Positions 63,874 to 64,000 of a DNA stretch of 64,000 nt are shown in pieces. Location of the stretch: assembly GCA_049366795.1 (NCBI GenBank), contig JBMNCP010000026.1, positions 18,608 through 82,607 of the forward strand, written 5' to 3'. The number at the start of each line of letters is the position of its first letter. Position 1 is the stretch's first letter. This DNA is from Desulfobacterales bacterium (lineage in GTDB: Bacteria; Desulfobacterota; Desulfobacteria; Desulfobacterales; UBA5852). The position numbers were made by a program, and so were the translations under genes. The notes below the pieces were generated by a model. That model was not told where the DNA came from. It was given only the letters and a program-made list of their open reading frames with translations, and did no database searches.

Positions 63874-64000
63874 TCGATCCGGGAAAAAGGTCCCTGCCCG
63901 CTGGCGCGGAAGCCGTTTCTCCGGTGCGAGACCGCCCGCTGTTCACCCGGTGATGACAAATCCCGTGAATTCGCCCGTCACCGCCTCCCACTCGGTCCTG

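Noticed and set aside
1-64000. Search by eye for tRNA/rRNA genes, CRISPR arrays, transposases, integrases, phage genes or toxin-antitoxin/defence genes
   Set aside because: I found no T-loop-type tRNA signature (for example GGTTCGAATCC variants with matching stems). I also found no regularly spaced direct repeats and no transposase- or integrase-like translation. Absence is based on visual inspection only and should be confirmed with dedicated tools.

Overview
GC-rich bacterial chromosome segment. Gene content suggests a Desulfobacterota (deltaproteobacterial) sulfate reducer or syntroph; that is inference, since no search was possible. About 50 CDS are supported, mostly on the minus strand. 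I found no rRNA, tRNA, CRISPR array or mobile element.

Layout:
- 1-3.3 kb: DUF2760 plus two tandem atypical Hsp70 genes.
- 3.7-5.2 kb: an exported CbiK-type cobaltochelatase behind a clear cobalamin riboswitch.
- 5.6-7.7 kb: a sensor PP2C phosphatase.
- 8-14.9 kb: a sigma54-promoted operon, tusA / mvhD-like / qmoA-like / hdrA-like / small wHTH / hdrC / hdrB-like / dsrE-like / Cys-His hypothetical. Its PAS-sigma54 activator is divergently encoded.
- 16.7-24.4 kb: a five-gene signalling block. It holds a kinase with periplasmic haem-c motifs, a PAS-sigma54 activator, two REC-kinase hybrids and a lone REC.
- 24.5-36.5 kb: a second, larger Hdr locus, pseudo-receiver / hdrL / mvhD / frhB-like / fused double HdrA / hdrC / hdrB / hdrD.
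- 36.9-45.7 kb: a sigma54-linked metallocluster-assembly-like cluster. It holds double NifX with a GMGGGR-repeat tail, IscU-like, two MinD-ferredoxin ATPases, CGGC, a short CooC-like gene, DUF1638 and a divergent Mrp/NBP35 plus MBL hydrolase.
- 46-64 kb: housekeeping genes. These are a LarA-like gene with a FAD/Fe-S dehydrogenase, GGT, a long PPi-PFK, an amino-acid ABC transporter, SMC, FtsY and HU.

Most notable observations:
- The 1148-aa fused HdrA carries an intact CheY-type receiver domain inserted into its flavoprotein core.
- hdrD carries an in-frame UGA at a Cys position, followed by a SECIS-like hairpin.
- The two Hdr loci have paralogous architecture, and the first is flanked by sulfur-relay genes.

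Everything rests on reading the translations and motifs by eye. No database search was run.
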